Origin: Guillardia theta CCMP2712
Lineage: Eukaryota; Protista; Cryptophyta
Length of the DNA stretch: 64,000 bases
Assembly (NCBI RefSeq): GCF_000315625.1
Contig: NW_005434591.1
Span: forward strand, 245,895-309,894
Reading direction: 5' to 3'
The number at the start of each line of letters is the position of its first letter. Within the stretch, counting starts at the first letter, position 1. The notes beneath the pieces were generated by a model that was not told the DNA's origin, ran no database searches, and worked only from the letters and a program-made list of their open reading frames with translations. This document shows positions 1 to 11,718 of this stretch, piece by piece. The translations under genes were made by a program, and so were the position numbers.

Positions 1-674
1 ATGGTTTCCATGGCGATGATGTTGAGACGCACGATCTGGAACTGAATGCACCCTGTCAAGATGGAGTCCAGCGCGTAGTGCGAGTGCGCGTACATGAAGG
101 AGATGTGAATGCAGTCCTGTACCCCCACGTCCATCTTGATGGGAGGGTTGTTGTCATCGGTGGGTATCTTGTCGCTCAGGAGCTGCACAGCGAAGTCCTG
201 CTCGTGCATGATATCGCCCCTGAAGCCACGTCTGATCACGATCCGCAGGAAGTATCGGATGTAACCGAAGTGACCATAGTAAGAGTCGTAGGGCTTCTGC
301 ACGGCACCGAAGTTGAAATCGAACTTGTGCTCCCCGGGCTCCAGGCGACCGAGGGGGGCAACATCCCTGGACAAGAAGAGGAATTGATCCTTCTCGATGT
401 AATCGAACTCTGGGTTTTCAATAATCTCTGATCGTCCGATGAGCTCCAAAGATATCCCTTCGTGATCAAGGTACCTTCCTTCCTTTACCGAAATCAAGAG
501 ATTGCCGGCAACCTCCTCGCTCTCTCCCATGACAGGGCAGGTTAATTCGTTGTTCTCATAGTTCACGTTGACAAACTCTCTCTGCTCTTGATCCTTCAGC
601 TTGATGTCCAAAGTCCAGGACGATTCGAGCACACCTTGCACGAATGAGCTGACCTGATTGGCAAAAGCCAACAT
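1..674 (-). CDS. VPS26: Retromer subunit VPS26-like protein, 5' part; runs off the window
   Basis: Minus-strand frame open from the ATG at 674 to base 1; absent from the ORF track because it has no stop in the window. Translation includes LDHEGISLELIGR, FDFNFGAVQKPYDSYYG..IRYFLRIVIRR and NPPIKMDVGVQDCIHISFMY, matching conserved VPS26 blocks. Confidence 0.9.
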   Translation of the reverse strand, partial: MLAFANQVSSFVQGVLESSWTLDIKLKDQEQREFVNVNYENNELTCPVMGESEEVAGNLLISVKEGRYLDHEGISLELIGRSEIIENPEFDYIEKDQFLFLSRDVAPLGRLEPGEHKFDFNFGAVQKPYDSYYGHFGYIRYFLRIVIRRGFRGDIMHEQDFAVQLLSDKIPTDDNNPPIKMDVGVQDCIHISFMYAHSHYALDSILTGCIQFQIVRLNIIAMET

Positions 675-1168
675 GACGGCGAGGAGACAGAGGTCGAACA
701 GTCAGAAGTGATGCTCTTCAAGGCCCTCTCTGCTCTGTCGCGATGTCAATGTATGACTGTGTAGTGGTTGCTTGCCCTTCACGCTCTTGCTCCTCCTCCT
801 GCCTCCTCCTCCGACCCTCTCATGCTCGCATCTTCATCCTGTGACGAAGCGCAGGGAACTTGAAAGGGGGGTGGTCGTTATGACGGGGTCATAAATGGTG
901 GGGTGGGGTTGTGGACTTGTATAGATAATCTGGAAGGAATTGAGTAATTTATGAGGGGTGGGGGTCAGGTATGTTGTTGAAATGAATGGCAGGGGTGGGG
1001 TGGGGTAGATCGGCATTGGACGATTCCAGGATCATGCCGTACATTTTATTAGGAGGAAGTGAGAGCAGGAGGAAGGGCAGGGAGAGTAAGGGAGTAAGGG
1101 GAGAACCAGGAGGTTGATGATGACGACATGGAGGAGGACGATGATTAGGATGTGAACGATGATATGGA

Positions 1169-1203
<35 letters not shown>

Positions 1204-1511
1204 TGGAGAGGGTGGAGGAAGAACTTGGAGGGCGAGGAGAAGTAAAGACAACCAAAGCTCCTAGGGATTTCGAGGCGACAAGAAAAAGAGAGATGAAGTT
1301 TAGGGTTTAGCCAAAGGTAGAAGCGAAGCTTGCATGATGTACTCTCCCATGAAGAAAAACTGTGTTCCATAGTTGCCAGAATGGAAGAGCGTTGAAGGAT
1401 TTCAGCAGATGAAAATCTTTACGATGATAAGGAGTCGTTTGAGATATTGCTGTGAGAATAGAGAGATACACGAAAGATGCTTCATGCTGCTCCTGACCTT
1501 GTGTTGTTCAG

Positions 1512-4500
1512 ATGGAGCTGGATGAGTTCTGCCAGGATGACTTCGACGTCAAGCGCTGGGTCAACGAGCAAGTACGCTCCAGCACCGCCCTTGCAGAGGC
1601 CGCAGGGCACGTGAAAGGGTCGAATGTAGATGATCACCTGGCAACCCTCGTGGTGAAGCTTCAGCTGCTGAGCCAGTCGACGAACAAGTCCATAGATGAC
1701 TCGGCTGTCAAGCTTCTCTCAGAGCTACCCAAGGTTGAGGACCTGACTTGTCAAGCCTCGCACCTGACTTGCCTCCTCCAGGCCATGATAGATATACAGC
1801 GAGTGGGGAGCGATGCCGAGCTGCTGGCACATCAGATGGCACAGGTGAGGTCTGCGCCCTCGTCTGCTGGGGTTGACGCTTGCTGTCAAGGTGCTCGACA
1901 AGGTGTCGGAGGTCGAGAGGAGCGGGCAGCAGACAGTCGCGGCCTTGGCTACCTTGGATGCGATCAAGACGAGGATGGAGGTGAGGGCATGAAGGAGGTG
2001 TGAAGGATCGCTGATGACGAGGACAGGAATGCGCTCATGCGCTGGGAGAGGCTGACAATTTGACGAGGACGCTCGCGCAGATTGAGCCTCTCTTTCAGGT
2101 GGAACGAGTTCGCAGCTTCCTCCCGGGAGTGACTTGCGTACATGATGCGGCAGGTGGATGAGCTGAAGCAGATCGCTGCTCGACTGGGCAGTCTCAGACG
2201 AAGCTTGCAAGCCATGGGGAACCTGGAAGAGTTCAGTGAGGTCGGAAAGCTAAAACATGTCTGCTTCGCCCTCGCTGTTGTATGCCAGGAGGCATCTTGT
2301 TTCTTGCGATGTTTTGAATGATGATCGACGTGGTTGTTTGTCTGAGTGGTCGTTTCTTGCTCACAACAGGCAGCCAACACGCTGAAGTCTTACGAGGATC
2401 GACTAGAGAAGGTCAGTACATGATGCCAGGGGGTTTTCAGCAAGACAATGACTGTCAGCGGACAGCGTATGAGCTCGAAGCTAAAGGAGGGGATCGAGCA
2501 GCTGGACGTCCAGGTGCTGCCTGCTGTTTCCTCCGACTGAGATTGTCTCTGACCGATATTTGACAGGCCACGAAGGACTGTCTCGAGATTTACGATCAGA
2601 TGCAGGTGGTTGCTGGGTATCCTGTTGGGGAGGTGCTGGCGATAATCTGAGGTGGCAGAGGAGGGATATTCTGATCACCCGATACGTTCAAGCTCGCAAG
2701 CCCCATCTGATCAAGGTCCTCAAGAGAGATTGGCAGGGACTGTTGGTGATGTTCAATCAGATCTATTCGACCTTCTCCGAGTCAAAGTCTGTGGAGTACC
2801 TTTCTCGTCTGTCCACTCTGAAAGAGGTAAGAGACTGGCGAAGGGTTTGAGTGCTGTTCTTGCTGATTTGGTCTTAGGATTTCGAGAAAGCTCTGCAGAC
2901 GGAGATGGATTGGTGTATCCAAGTATCCTGAGTCGCCTTCCACATTGGTTCTTTACGATTGTGTTAGGTGTTTCCAGACAGTGCTATCTTTGTCTCCTGT
3001 GAGTTTCTCTTGTTATCTGAGCATTTTGATCTGAATATTCTCCAGCTCTTTGGATTGATTTTATCAAGACCATCTCGACCCCATTTCAAAACTCAATGTC
3101 AGAAGTGAGTGAATGGATTGTTATCTGCCGGTGAGAGAGGCGTTTGAATTTAACTTGGATTTCAGGAGTTCTTCGAAGCAAGCAAGACAAACGAAAATTT
3201 CCACACAGTCAAGGTCGGAGAATCAAGCTTTTTTGTAGCTTTGTTCTGAAGAGCACATTTTCAGAACATCTTGGTCGAAATTTCGAACATTGCGATCACT
3301 GTTGGAGATTTGCTTTCAAGGAACAAACTGCAAGAGGTACAAGTGAGGGTAAACATCACATGTTAACCACAATGATGCAGACTGATGTCAGCCAAGCGAT
3401 CATAACGACCATGTCTTTGATTGAACGCGTTCAGAAGGATTATCCAGCAAAGGAGGTGAGGACTGAGAGCTTGCTGGTGAAAGTGACATGTTGTCAAGGC
3501 AAAGAGACTGGAGAAAGAATTCGAGATGACAAAGAGAAGTTTGAAGGTGAACACATTAGCACAACACATTAGCACAACACATTAGCACAACACATTAGCA
3601 CAACAACAGAGCAAAATTCGACATGGGGGAGGAGGATATGAATGACCTTGACCTTGACCTTGACATTGACATTGATGATGCTGGAAGAGGAGGTGGTGGT
3701 GTTGATGGTGGAGATGGAGAAGAAGTAGATGGAGGAGGAGGATTAGATAGAGATGGAGATGATTCATTCATTTCAGGAGATGCACACCTTCGGGGAGAGT
3801 TTGGATCTCTTTGAGACCGTCACGTCCAAGTCCTTCGCTTCCCTGAGGTTCGAATTCCTTGCCATGTTGCGATCGCTGACAGAGACGAGCAGAGCAGCAG
3901 GGGAGCATTCGATCGAGTTCACTGGGGGGGCAGAAGCTGTGACGACGGCTCGCATGGTCGATGAAGGTAAGACGCCCCCTCCCTCCTCCCTCCTGCATTG
4001 ATCTCCTTATTCTCCTTCCATTCTTCAATCCCTTCCTCGTTCTGGTACTCCCTCTCTTCGGCCTCTACCCTCCCCATCTTCCCCCTCCCCCTCCCTCTCT
4101 CTCCCTCGCTCTCTTTCCCTCCCCCTCTCCCCCCGCTCCTTCCCTCCCTCTCCCTCTCCCCCCTCGCTATCTTCTCATCTTTTCCCCCTCCTCCCCCCTC
4201 CTCCATCTCACCCTTCTCGCGCAGCATTCGGCAGCTTTCTGCAGGCGTTGGGGGCAGGGGTTGAGCGTCTGCGGGAGATCGCGAAGCTGGACGAGGCGCG
4301 GAAGGGAGGGGAGGTGAAGGCGAAGAGCAGCAGCGACAAGGAGGGAGGAGAGAACGACGAGATGCGATTGGTTGATGAGGCCGACTCGGATATGCTGGAC
4401 CTTGTCGATGGCAATGAGAAAGATTGGACGTTCCTGCAGGTTATTCTTGTCTTTGATGATGATGATACTAATGATGATGATCATGTTGTTCGGGAGGTGG

Positions 4501-6606
4501 TAGTGAGTTTGTTAATGATGATCGTGTTTGTATCAGGGTGCCATTTCTCTTCTGTCTTTGGCCGACGCGCTTCCCAAACAGCTGCAGGAGCTTGATGATC
4601 GTATCAAAGGTTGTTCATTTTGTTATGATGATGATCTTGTTCAACTCACTTTCTGCTTCAAGAACTCGTTTGCAGATTCGGACAGCAGCTGTTTGAACCC
4701 GTAAGCATCTGCATGTGCACTCATTGTTCTCCTTGCCTGACCTACCACCAAGACAACCATCAAGTCTGCAATGCAGTCGCCGCCCGTCCGCTACATCTTG
4801 TCAGGTAGGACAGCGCGGTTGAGAAGCTCATTCCTGACTTCATCGACTGATTTGACTCGTTGTCGTTCATCTGAGCTGAGTTTGACTGCAGATGCTCAAC
4901 GGCTCCCGGCTCTCGAGAAGCTGATCGCCAAGTCCAAGGTAAGCTGGGAACCTCCTGGGAGTGTTGCGTGACTAGTCATGCAGACGAAAGATTTCATCTG
5001 TCTTGTCAGGAGCCCGTCGATGTTGCAGTCGCATCGTGCTAAGGTGAAGAAGTGATGGTGGTGGTAATAAAGTTTGGTTGAGATTGATTGCAGGTTGAAC
5101 TTCTTCTACAAGACACGGTTGGCTTGTTGTTGTTTGATTTGACATTGACCTCAATGACCTGCTCGTGCTTGTCTTGCTGTCTCTGACTTGTTCGCTTCTC
5201 AGGCGTTGAGCTTTGTTCGCCGCCAACTGATCAACGTCGCTAAGTTGCAAGTGAGAGACCGATGGGAAAAGCAGGAGGAGAGAAGGATTGAAGGAGCAAG
5301 GCAGAGGGAGGAAGACAGGGAGGGGAGGGAGAAGACAGAGGGGAGGGGAGGGAGGGGAGGGAGGGGAGGGAGGGGAGGGGAGGGAGAGGACAGAGGGGAG
5401 GGGAGGGAGGGGAGTGTGAGGGGAGGGAGGGGAGGGGAGGGAGCAAGGGATTGTGATGAGACGTTTCAGGTGTGGGGTGAGAACAAAAAGAAAGGTCACC
5501 TCCCGTCCTTCTCCTCCTCTCCTCTCCCGCACGTCACCAACATCGCCGAGCATCTCTTCTCGTGAGTTAACTCCTCCTGTTGCAGCCTCCCCTTTCCCCC
5601 CCCTGGTTTGCCTTATCCTCTTCTGCCATCTCCTCTCTCCTCCTCCCTNNNNNNNNNNNNNNNNNNNNNNNNNNNNNNNNNNNNNNNNNNNNNNNNNNNN
5701 NNNNNNNNNNNNNNNNNNNNNNNNNNNNNNNNNNNNNNNNNNNNNNNNNNNNACTCCTCCTGGTCCTCCTCCTCCTCCCTCCCTCCCTCCTCCCTCCCTC
5801 CCTTCCCCCTCCTCCCTCCCTTCCTTCCCCCTCCTCCCTCCCTCCTCCCTCCTCTCGCACTTTCTTCTGACTGGTACTTCAGCTTGCCGGAGCAGCTCGA
5901 CCCTGCGGCGCACGACGAGGTCCCCTGCTCCACTTCAGCTGCTCTCCAGCTCACTCAGCCGCAGAACGTGGACGAAGGAAGCTCCGAGCACAAGTTCATG
6001 CAGAAGTGGCTCTCGAGGATCACCGGGGAGGTCAGCTCGAGGTCAGCTGGGGTCGGAGTTTGACATCCTTGAAGGTTGTGAGCCTCTACGTGGAGAAGAT
6101 TCTCGAGATACCCGCGCTCTCACCTTCAGGTCGCGTCCAGCTGGGCACAGACATCCAGTACATCTCTTCCATCCTCGACACTCTCGGGGCACCAGGTCTC
6201 TCCCACCACCGCCCTCCTCCCTCTCCTCCCCCCTCCTCCCTCCTTCTCAATCCTCCCTCCTACCTCCTCCTCCACTTCTTCCTTCTCTTCTTTCCTCGTT
6301 TGCTCTTCTGTCTGCACCTGCTTCCTCCTCCCTCCTCCTCCATCTTCCTCTTCTCTTCGCACGCTCCTGCTTCCCCTGCCTTCATCATCTCCTCCCCTCG
6401 TCTTATCCTCTTCCTCTCGCTCCTCCTTCCCTCCATCTCTCTGACGCTCGAGGTCGCCAGGTCTCGAGAGGCTGGAGCAGCTCCGCAAGCTAGTGGAGGC
6501 AGCCGACTCGGAGTTCGCACAGGCTTGTCTGACGGTCCCAGCGCTCGATCGCAACGTCGTGGACAAGGTTGCGCGGCAGCGAATGGCAGGAGGAAGCGCG
6601 AAGTAG
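1512..6606 (+). CDS. COG7: Conserved oligomeric Golgi complex subunit 7 (many short introns, spans an N-gap)
   Basis: N-terminus MELDEFCQDDFDVKRWVN..DDHLATLVVKLQLL and C-terminal blocks LPSFSSSPLPHVTNIAEHLFSLPEQLDP and WLSRITGE..YVEKILEIPALSPSGRVQLGTDIQYISSILDTLG match COG7. First intron 1734-1781; last exon ends at TAG 6604-6606. Internal exon boundaries were not all resolved. Confidence 0.9.
3551..3605. repeat. 13-bp tandem repeat (ACACATTAGCACA) x4, probably in a COG7 intron
   Basis: Read directly from the sequence. Confidence 0.9.
5649..5752. other. Assembly gap (N run) in a pyrimidine-rich COG7 intron
   Basis: Run of n characters. Confidence 1.
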
Positions 6607-6756
6607 AGAAGGAGGGTGAGGCGTGCGAAGAAATCTTTATGTACAGTTGATTGCAACAAGTCAAACTCACTCAATCCTCTCCTCCTCCTCCTCCTCCTCC
6701 TCCTCCTCCTCCTCCTCTTCCTCTTTTCTCGCTTCTCGTCTACTTTACATGAGCGG

Positions 6757-9700
6757 TCAGGTGGGATGCATGATCACCACAACTCCCGTGCTGTACTCTA
6801 CCGCCTTCCCTCCTCCTCCTCCGCTGCCCTTCACCTCCTCCACTTTCTTCTTCGACCTCATCCGCGAGTAGAAGCTGACAGCAGCCACCACCACCAGCCC
6901 AGCTGGGACCGCGCAGGCCACGTAGATGACTGTCTTGCTCGAGCTGCTCCTGCCGTCCTCAGCCCCTGGCGGTCCAACTTGAGCGCCGACTCCAGCTGAA
7001 GCTCCAGCTGAAGTTGAGGAGGGTTGGGGCTTGGGGGTTTCAACCAGGGTCTCGATGACCTTGACAGGAGCTGCTTCAACCCGCACGTAGTTGACGCTGA
7101 ATCCGGAGGTTGTCAAAGTCGCTCTCAGCTGGTCCTGAGCTGAGCTCGTCAGGATCCGCGAGCTCGTCTGCTCGTCCGTCTTGATCCGGAAGGAGACGGT
7201 GAGGGGTCGCGACTCCTGCCGCCTGCCGGACGAGGAAACGCCTGACACCTGTACGTTGGCTGAGCTGACGGCCAGCCCGGCACCCACGGCCGAGACGAAG
7301 TCCAGCTGACGGGCAAGGAAGGCGTTCTTGGAGCTGTTCATACCTGCAGACATGCTCAGCAGCATGTAGCTCGTCTGCCCTGCCCCTCCTGAGGACAAGG
7401 AGGCGAGAGTCGCGTTGGTCTCGGCTGAGCATACTCGATCCGCCATGTCTGTGCATGCTGACACCTCCACCTCTCCAGCAGCGCAGGGGGAGCATGCCGT
7501 GCAGGAGGAGGAACCGGGGGCCGCGGAGAAAGAGGCAGGCGGGCAGGGAGAGCAGCCTGAGGTTTCCATGAAGCTCCCGGAGGGGCAGACGCATGCCGAA
7601 CTCGAGCTGCTGCCCAGCTCAGAGGTGGCGCCGGGAGGACAAGCTGAACACTCTTGCGAGCCCGGGCTGGTCTTGTACTTGCCGCCCTCGCACTTGGAGC
7701 AGCTGCCGCTGCCAGTGTAGCCGGGGTCACAGAGACAGTCGGCGATGGTGAAGCTGGAGGCAGGAGCATGCGAGTTGGCCGGGCAAGGAGAACATCGGGT
7801 GTTGTCGAAGAGAGCGCAAGCAGCCTCGACGTAGTGGTCAGCTGGGCAGGCGGAGCAGGCGAGGCAGTAGCACTTGCCAGGCTGGAAGAACGGGACGTCC
7901 TTGATGGTGTAGGTGCCGATCTTGCACTGCAGCTTGCAAGGGTTGCATAGCGTGTCCTTGCTCGGCGTGCAGTTGGCAACGAAAGCAGCTTCGGGGGGGC
8001 ATACGCTGCACTGCGAGCATGAGGAGGAGGCGTAGGAGGAGGCGAAGTTGAAGCCAACGCAAGGAGAGCAGCTGTCAGACCCCTGGGTCGACTTGTACGT
8101 GCCGGGTTCGCAGGAGACGCATTCCTCCCCGTTTACGCCGGTGAAGCCCGCGTTGCAGGTGCAGTTGGAGCCCGAGGTCGCTCCCTCCTTCTCCGTCGTC
8201 GCATTGGGAGGACACGCCTGACATGCCGTCGCTCCCAACGAGTCCGAGAAAGTCCCGAGGCTGCAGTCGGTGCAGGAGCCATTGCCGGGAAGCCCCTTGC
8301 TCTTGCCAGCAGCACATGCTGAGCAGGCAGTCCGGCTTGTTTCGTTCCCTCCTGCAGACGCGTCAGTCAGTCACGCACCTCTCCGCTCCTCCTCTCACCT
8401 CCGACTGTCTGCACCTCGTACCCAGCATCGCAAGAGCAGGCGGAAAGAGAGGAGCTGCCGGCGGGAGAGAAGGAATTCACAGGACACGGCAAGCACGAGC
8501 TCATGTTCGTGGAGGATGTTTGTGGGTTGTAAGTGCCTGCTGGGCACTGCTGGCATGAAGTCAGTCCGTCACTCTTGTACGTTCCTGCTAAGCAGCCGAC
8601 GCATTCTCGTTCGGCCAGCTGGAAGCCCTCGTTGCACAGACATCCGTCAGCAGAGGTGGTCGACTCCGAGGAGTAGGAGTTGGGTCGGCAGGAGAAGCAG
8701 GCAGTCGCTCCTCGCGAGTCCATGTAGGTGTCAGCTGGGCAAGGAGAGCAGGTGCTCTCCAGTATCGAAGCCTTGTACTTGCCGATCTCGCAGAGTTCAC
8801 ATCCTTGGGTGGATATGTAGAAGCCCAAGCCACACACGCAGTCAGACAAGGACGAGCTTCCTCTCCCGCTTGTCGTCGTGTTGCCAGGACATACCGAGCA
8901 GGCCGTGCTTCCTGTTTGGATAGCGTACTTTCCCAGCTCGCAGAGCGTGCACACGCTGCTGCCCGTCCTGTTCGTGTACTGTCCTGCTTCGCAAGCAGAG
9001 CAGACGCCAACAGACAGCAAGTAGAAACCAGCGTTGCAGAAGCAGCCGTTGAGAGAGGACGCGCCGCTGTTGGACCACATGCCTGCAGGACACGTGGAGC
9101 AGAATGATGACCCTGTCAACTCCATATAGCTCCCAGCTGGACAAGGCGAGCAGGACCCGCTCCCGTCAAGGTTCTTGTACCTGCCAGCTGGACAGGCTTG
9201 ACAGGGACCCCCGTTCGCCCCAGTGTACCCTCGATTGCACGTGCAATTGAGTCTGCTGGAGCTGCCCGATGGGGCGAAGGAGTTGGCAGGGCAGAGATCG
9301 CAGGAGGAGGAGCCGGAGACGTTGGCAAACGAGCCTGACGAACAGACTTCGCAGGTGGTGGCAGAGGGGGAAGCAGAGAAATATCCCAGCTGACAGGCGA
9401 GGCACCGCTCTCCGTCTTGGGCGCGATAGAACCCTGGCTGACAAGCCTCACACAGACTGTCATTGAATCGCTCGTACCCTGCGTTGCACGTGCAGTTCAT
9501 GATTGAGATGCTCATTGCTGGCGAGAAAGAGTCTGAAGGACAGGCAAGGCAATCCAACGATGCCACGAAATCTTTGTAGGTACCGGCTGAACACCCGACA
9601 CAAGACATGGTGCCGTTCGACCCGAAGCCTTTGATGCAGCTGCAGTCGTAGCTTCCTGCTGCTGATGTGCTTGCATAAGGGCAGCTAATGCAGGTCTTGT

Positions 9701-11015
9701 TGCTGGTAGCAGTTGTAGCTTTGCTGTACTTGCCGGCTTCACAATCGACACACCCGATGCTTCGGTTTTCGACGCCATACTTGCCTGCCGGACAGGCGTC
9801 GCACTGCGACTCGTTGCGAACGTAACCGATGTCGCAGAGACAGTTGTCGAGCTCAGAACTTCCATTCGGGGCCTTGGAGTTGGACGGGCAGGGATGGAGC
9901 AGACAAGTCTCAAGAGACCTGACGCCTGACTCGGTGCTGTATGTATTGGCGGGGCAGAGCTTACAGACGCCCGGTCCTATCGCATCCTTGTACGATCCAG
10001 GAGGACAAGGGACACAGCCGCTAGTCAGGTTGGCGTAATACCCGAGGTCGCAGATGCTGCAGTCATTGCCGTAGTAACCCACGTCACACTCGCACTTACC
10101 CCATCCCTCCATGGAATACGAATGAGTCTGACAGCTGACGCAGACCGTCGCAGCTCGAGACGCTGCGAAGGTGCCAGGGGAACAAGCAGAGCAGGTTGAT
10201 GCAGCAGGAGAAGAGATGTAACCAGGATCGCAGTCCAGACAAGAGGAACTGTGAGACATGTTGGAAAACTTTCCAGCCTGACAAGGAAGACAGGTGGCAA
10301 GTCCAACAGAATCTTTGTAGTAACCAGGTTCACAGGGGTTGCATGACAGGTCTGAACCATTCCCATCGGTCAAACGGACCATGTTCACGAAGCGTACAGT
10401 CAAGGACTCGTAGTGGTACGGAGGCGTCATGAAGTTCGACCAGCCGATCCCGTCCTTCATGCTGGTCATCTGTGACGTGGCCTTCTCCACCCCATTGATG
10501 TTGACCTTGAGAGTCGCAAAATCATCACTTGGCCCGTAGACCCATACGTCAGCCTCTTGGCTAGTTCGCTGAGGGTACAGGACCACTGACATCCCGTCCA
10601 CTCCCATGGCAGAGAAGTTGGAGCTGATCGACACCCCGACGTCTGCTGGATACGCCCTGCCCCCCCCGCACGCACAGCAGACTGTGTTGGCAGTGCCGCC
10701 ATCCCCTGAAAGGTCATTGCCGAAATTGATGCAGTTGGAAGGATTCCTCCGGTAATCGGCGCAGCTCAACCCTCCGATGTCAGTCCAGCCTGCCGGGCTG
10801 TCCCTGCATGCCGCGTCCAAGGAGCTCAGGTTCCACAGGAAGCTCCTAGTGCCGACCCACTCATACCCTTGAGCACACGAGCAAGCAGCCATGCCACCGA
10901 CGGTGACTGGAGCAATGTCTCCTGAGTCAACGCAGGTTAGATTGTCTCCCTTGGCACTTGCAGGTCCAGCCAGCCAGAGGACGAGGAGAAGGTGAAGTTG
11001 AAAGTTGGTCATCAT
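6757..11015 (-). CDS. Type I membrane cysteine-rich surface protein, about 1400 aa, with ephrin-receptor-like/TNFR-like CxxC repeats
   Basis: ORFs 8367..11015 and 6757..8238 join through a 47-nt intron (8352-8398, GTGAG...CTGAC...CAG). Signal peptide MMTNFQLHLLLVLWLAGPASA, dozens of C-x-x-C-x-x-G-(Y/F/T) repeats, a Cys-free juxtamembrane domain, a TM helix (VIYVACAVPAGLVVVAAVSFY) and a short basic tail. Confidence 0.85.
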
Positions 11016-11718
11016 AGCAGGGTATCAGTCTTAAATGGCAATGGAAGCGATCTTGATATCAGAACCTGCCTGTCTCCCTGCTGTCTCGACCTCGTTTCCT
11101 GCTTCCTTGTTCGGCTCTTCTCCCCTCCTCAGGGTTTCTTCGCTTTCTATCTTGACTTGGCCCTTCCTTCTTCCTCCTCTTCCTCCACCCCTTCACCCTC
11201 TACCTTGGTCCTTCCCTATCGCTTCTCGCCGCTGCGCCATCAAACCCAAGAGACATCTGCAGGAGGTCAAAGTGTCTGGGCCCCGGGCCCGGGCCCCCGG
11301 GCCGGGGCCTGACCAGAGAGGTTTCTGGTCCGACCGTTGGAAACTCAGCGGCATTTGCAGTCTGACTGAAGTCAATCAGGATGTTCGCCGGACTGACTCT
11401 ACCTCTGTAGGAGAGGCTACTGATGCTCTATGCTACAAACAGAATCGATGGTCTCAGGCCTGACAGTAGTAGAGTCAGCACAGCAGAGTCAGCCTCGTAC
11501 TGACATACTGAGCCTCGGATCGATAGAGCTCAGTTCAGTGACTGAGATTCCGACAAGGATGATACGTGAGGCTGTTTGAAAGTTAGAGACATGAAGCACA
11601 AGTCCTCAAAACACTGGTATGATTTTACTGTGGAATGAATATCATGAAAGAAACAGAGCTTGGCGAGGAGCCGGGAGTGAGTGTTTACATGGACGGTAAT
11701 ACGCTGACATATTTCTGT

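Noticed and set aside
3919-6493. ORFs rich in P/S/L or G/R/E inside COG7
   Set aside because: Translations of (CCT)n/(GGA)n intronic tracts and the N-gap.
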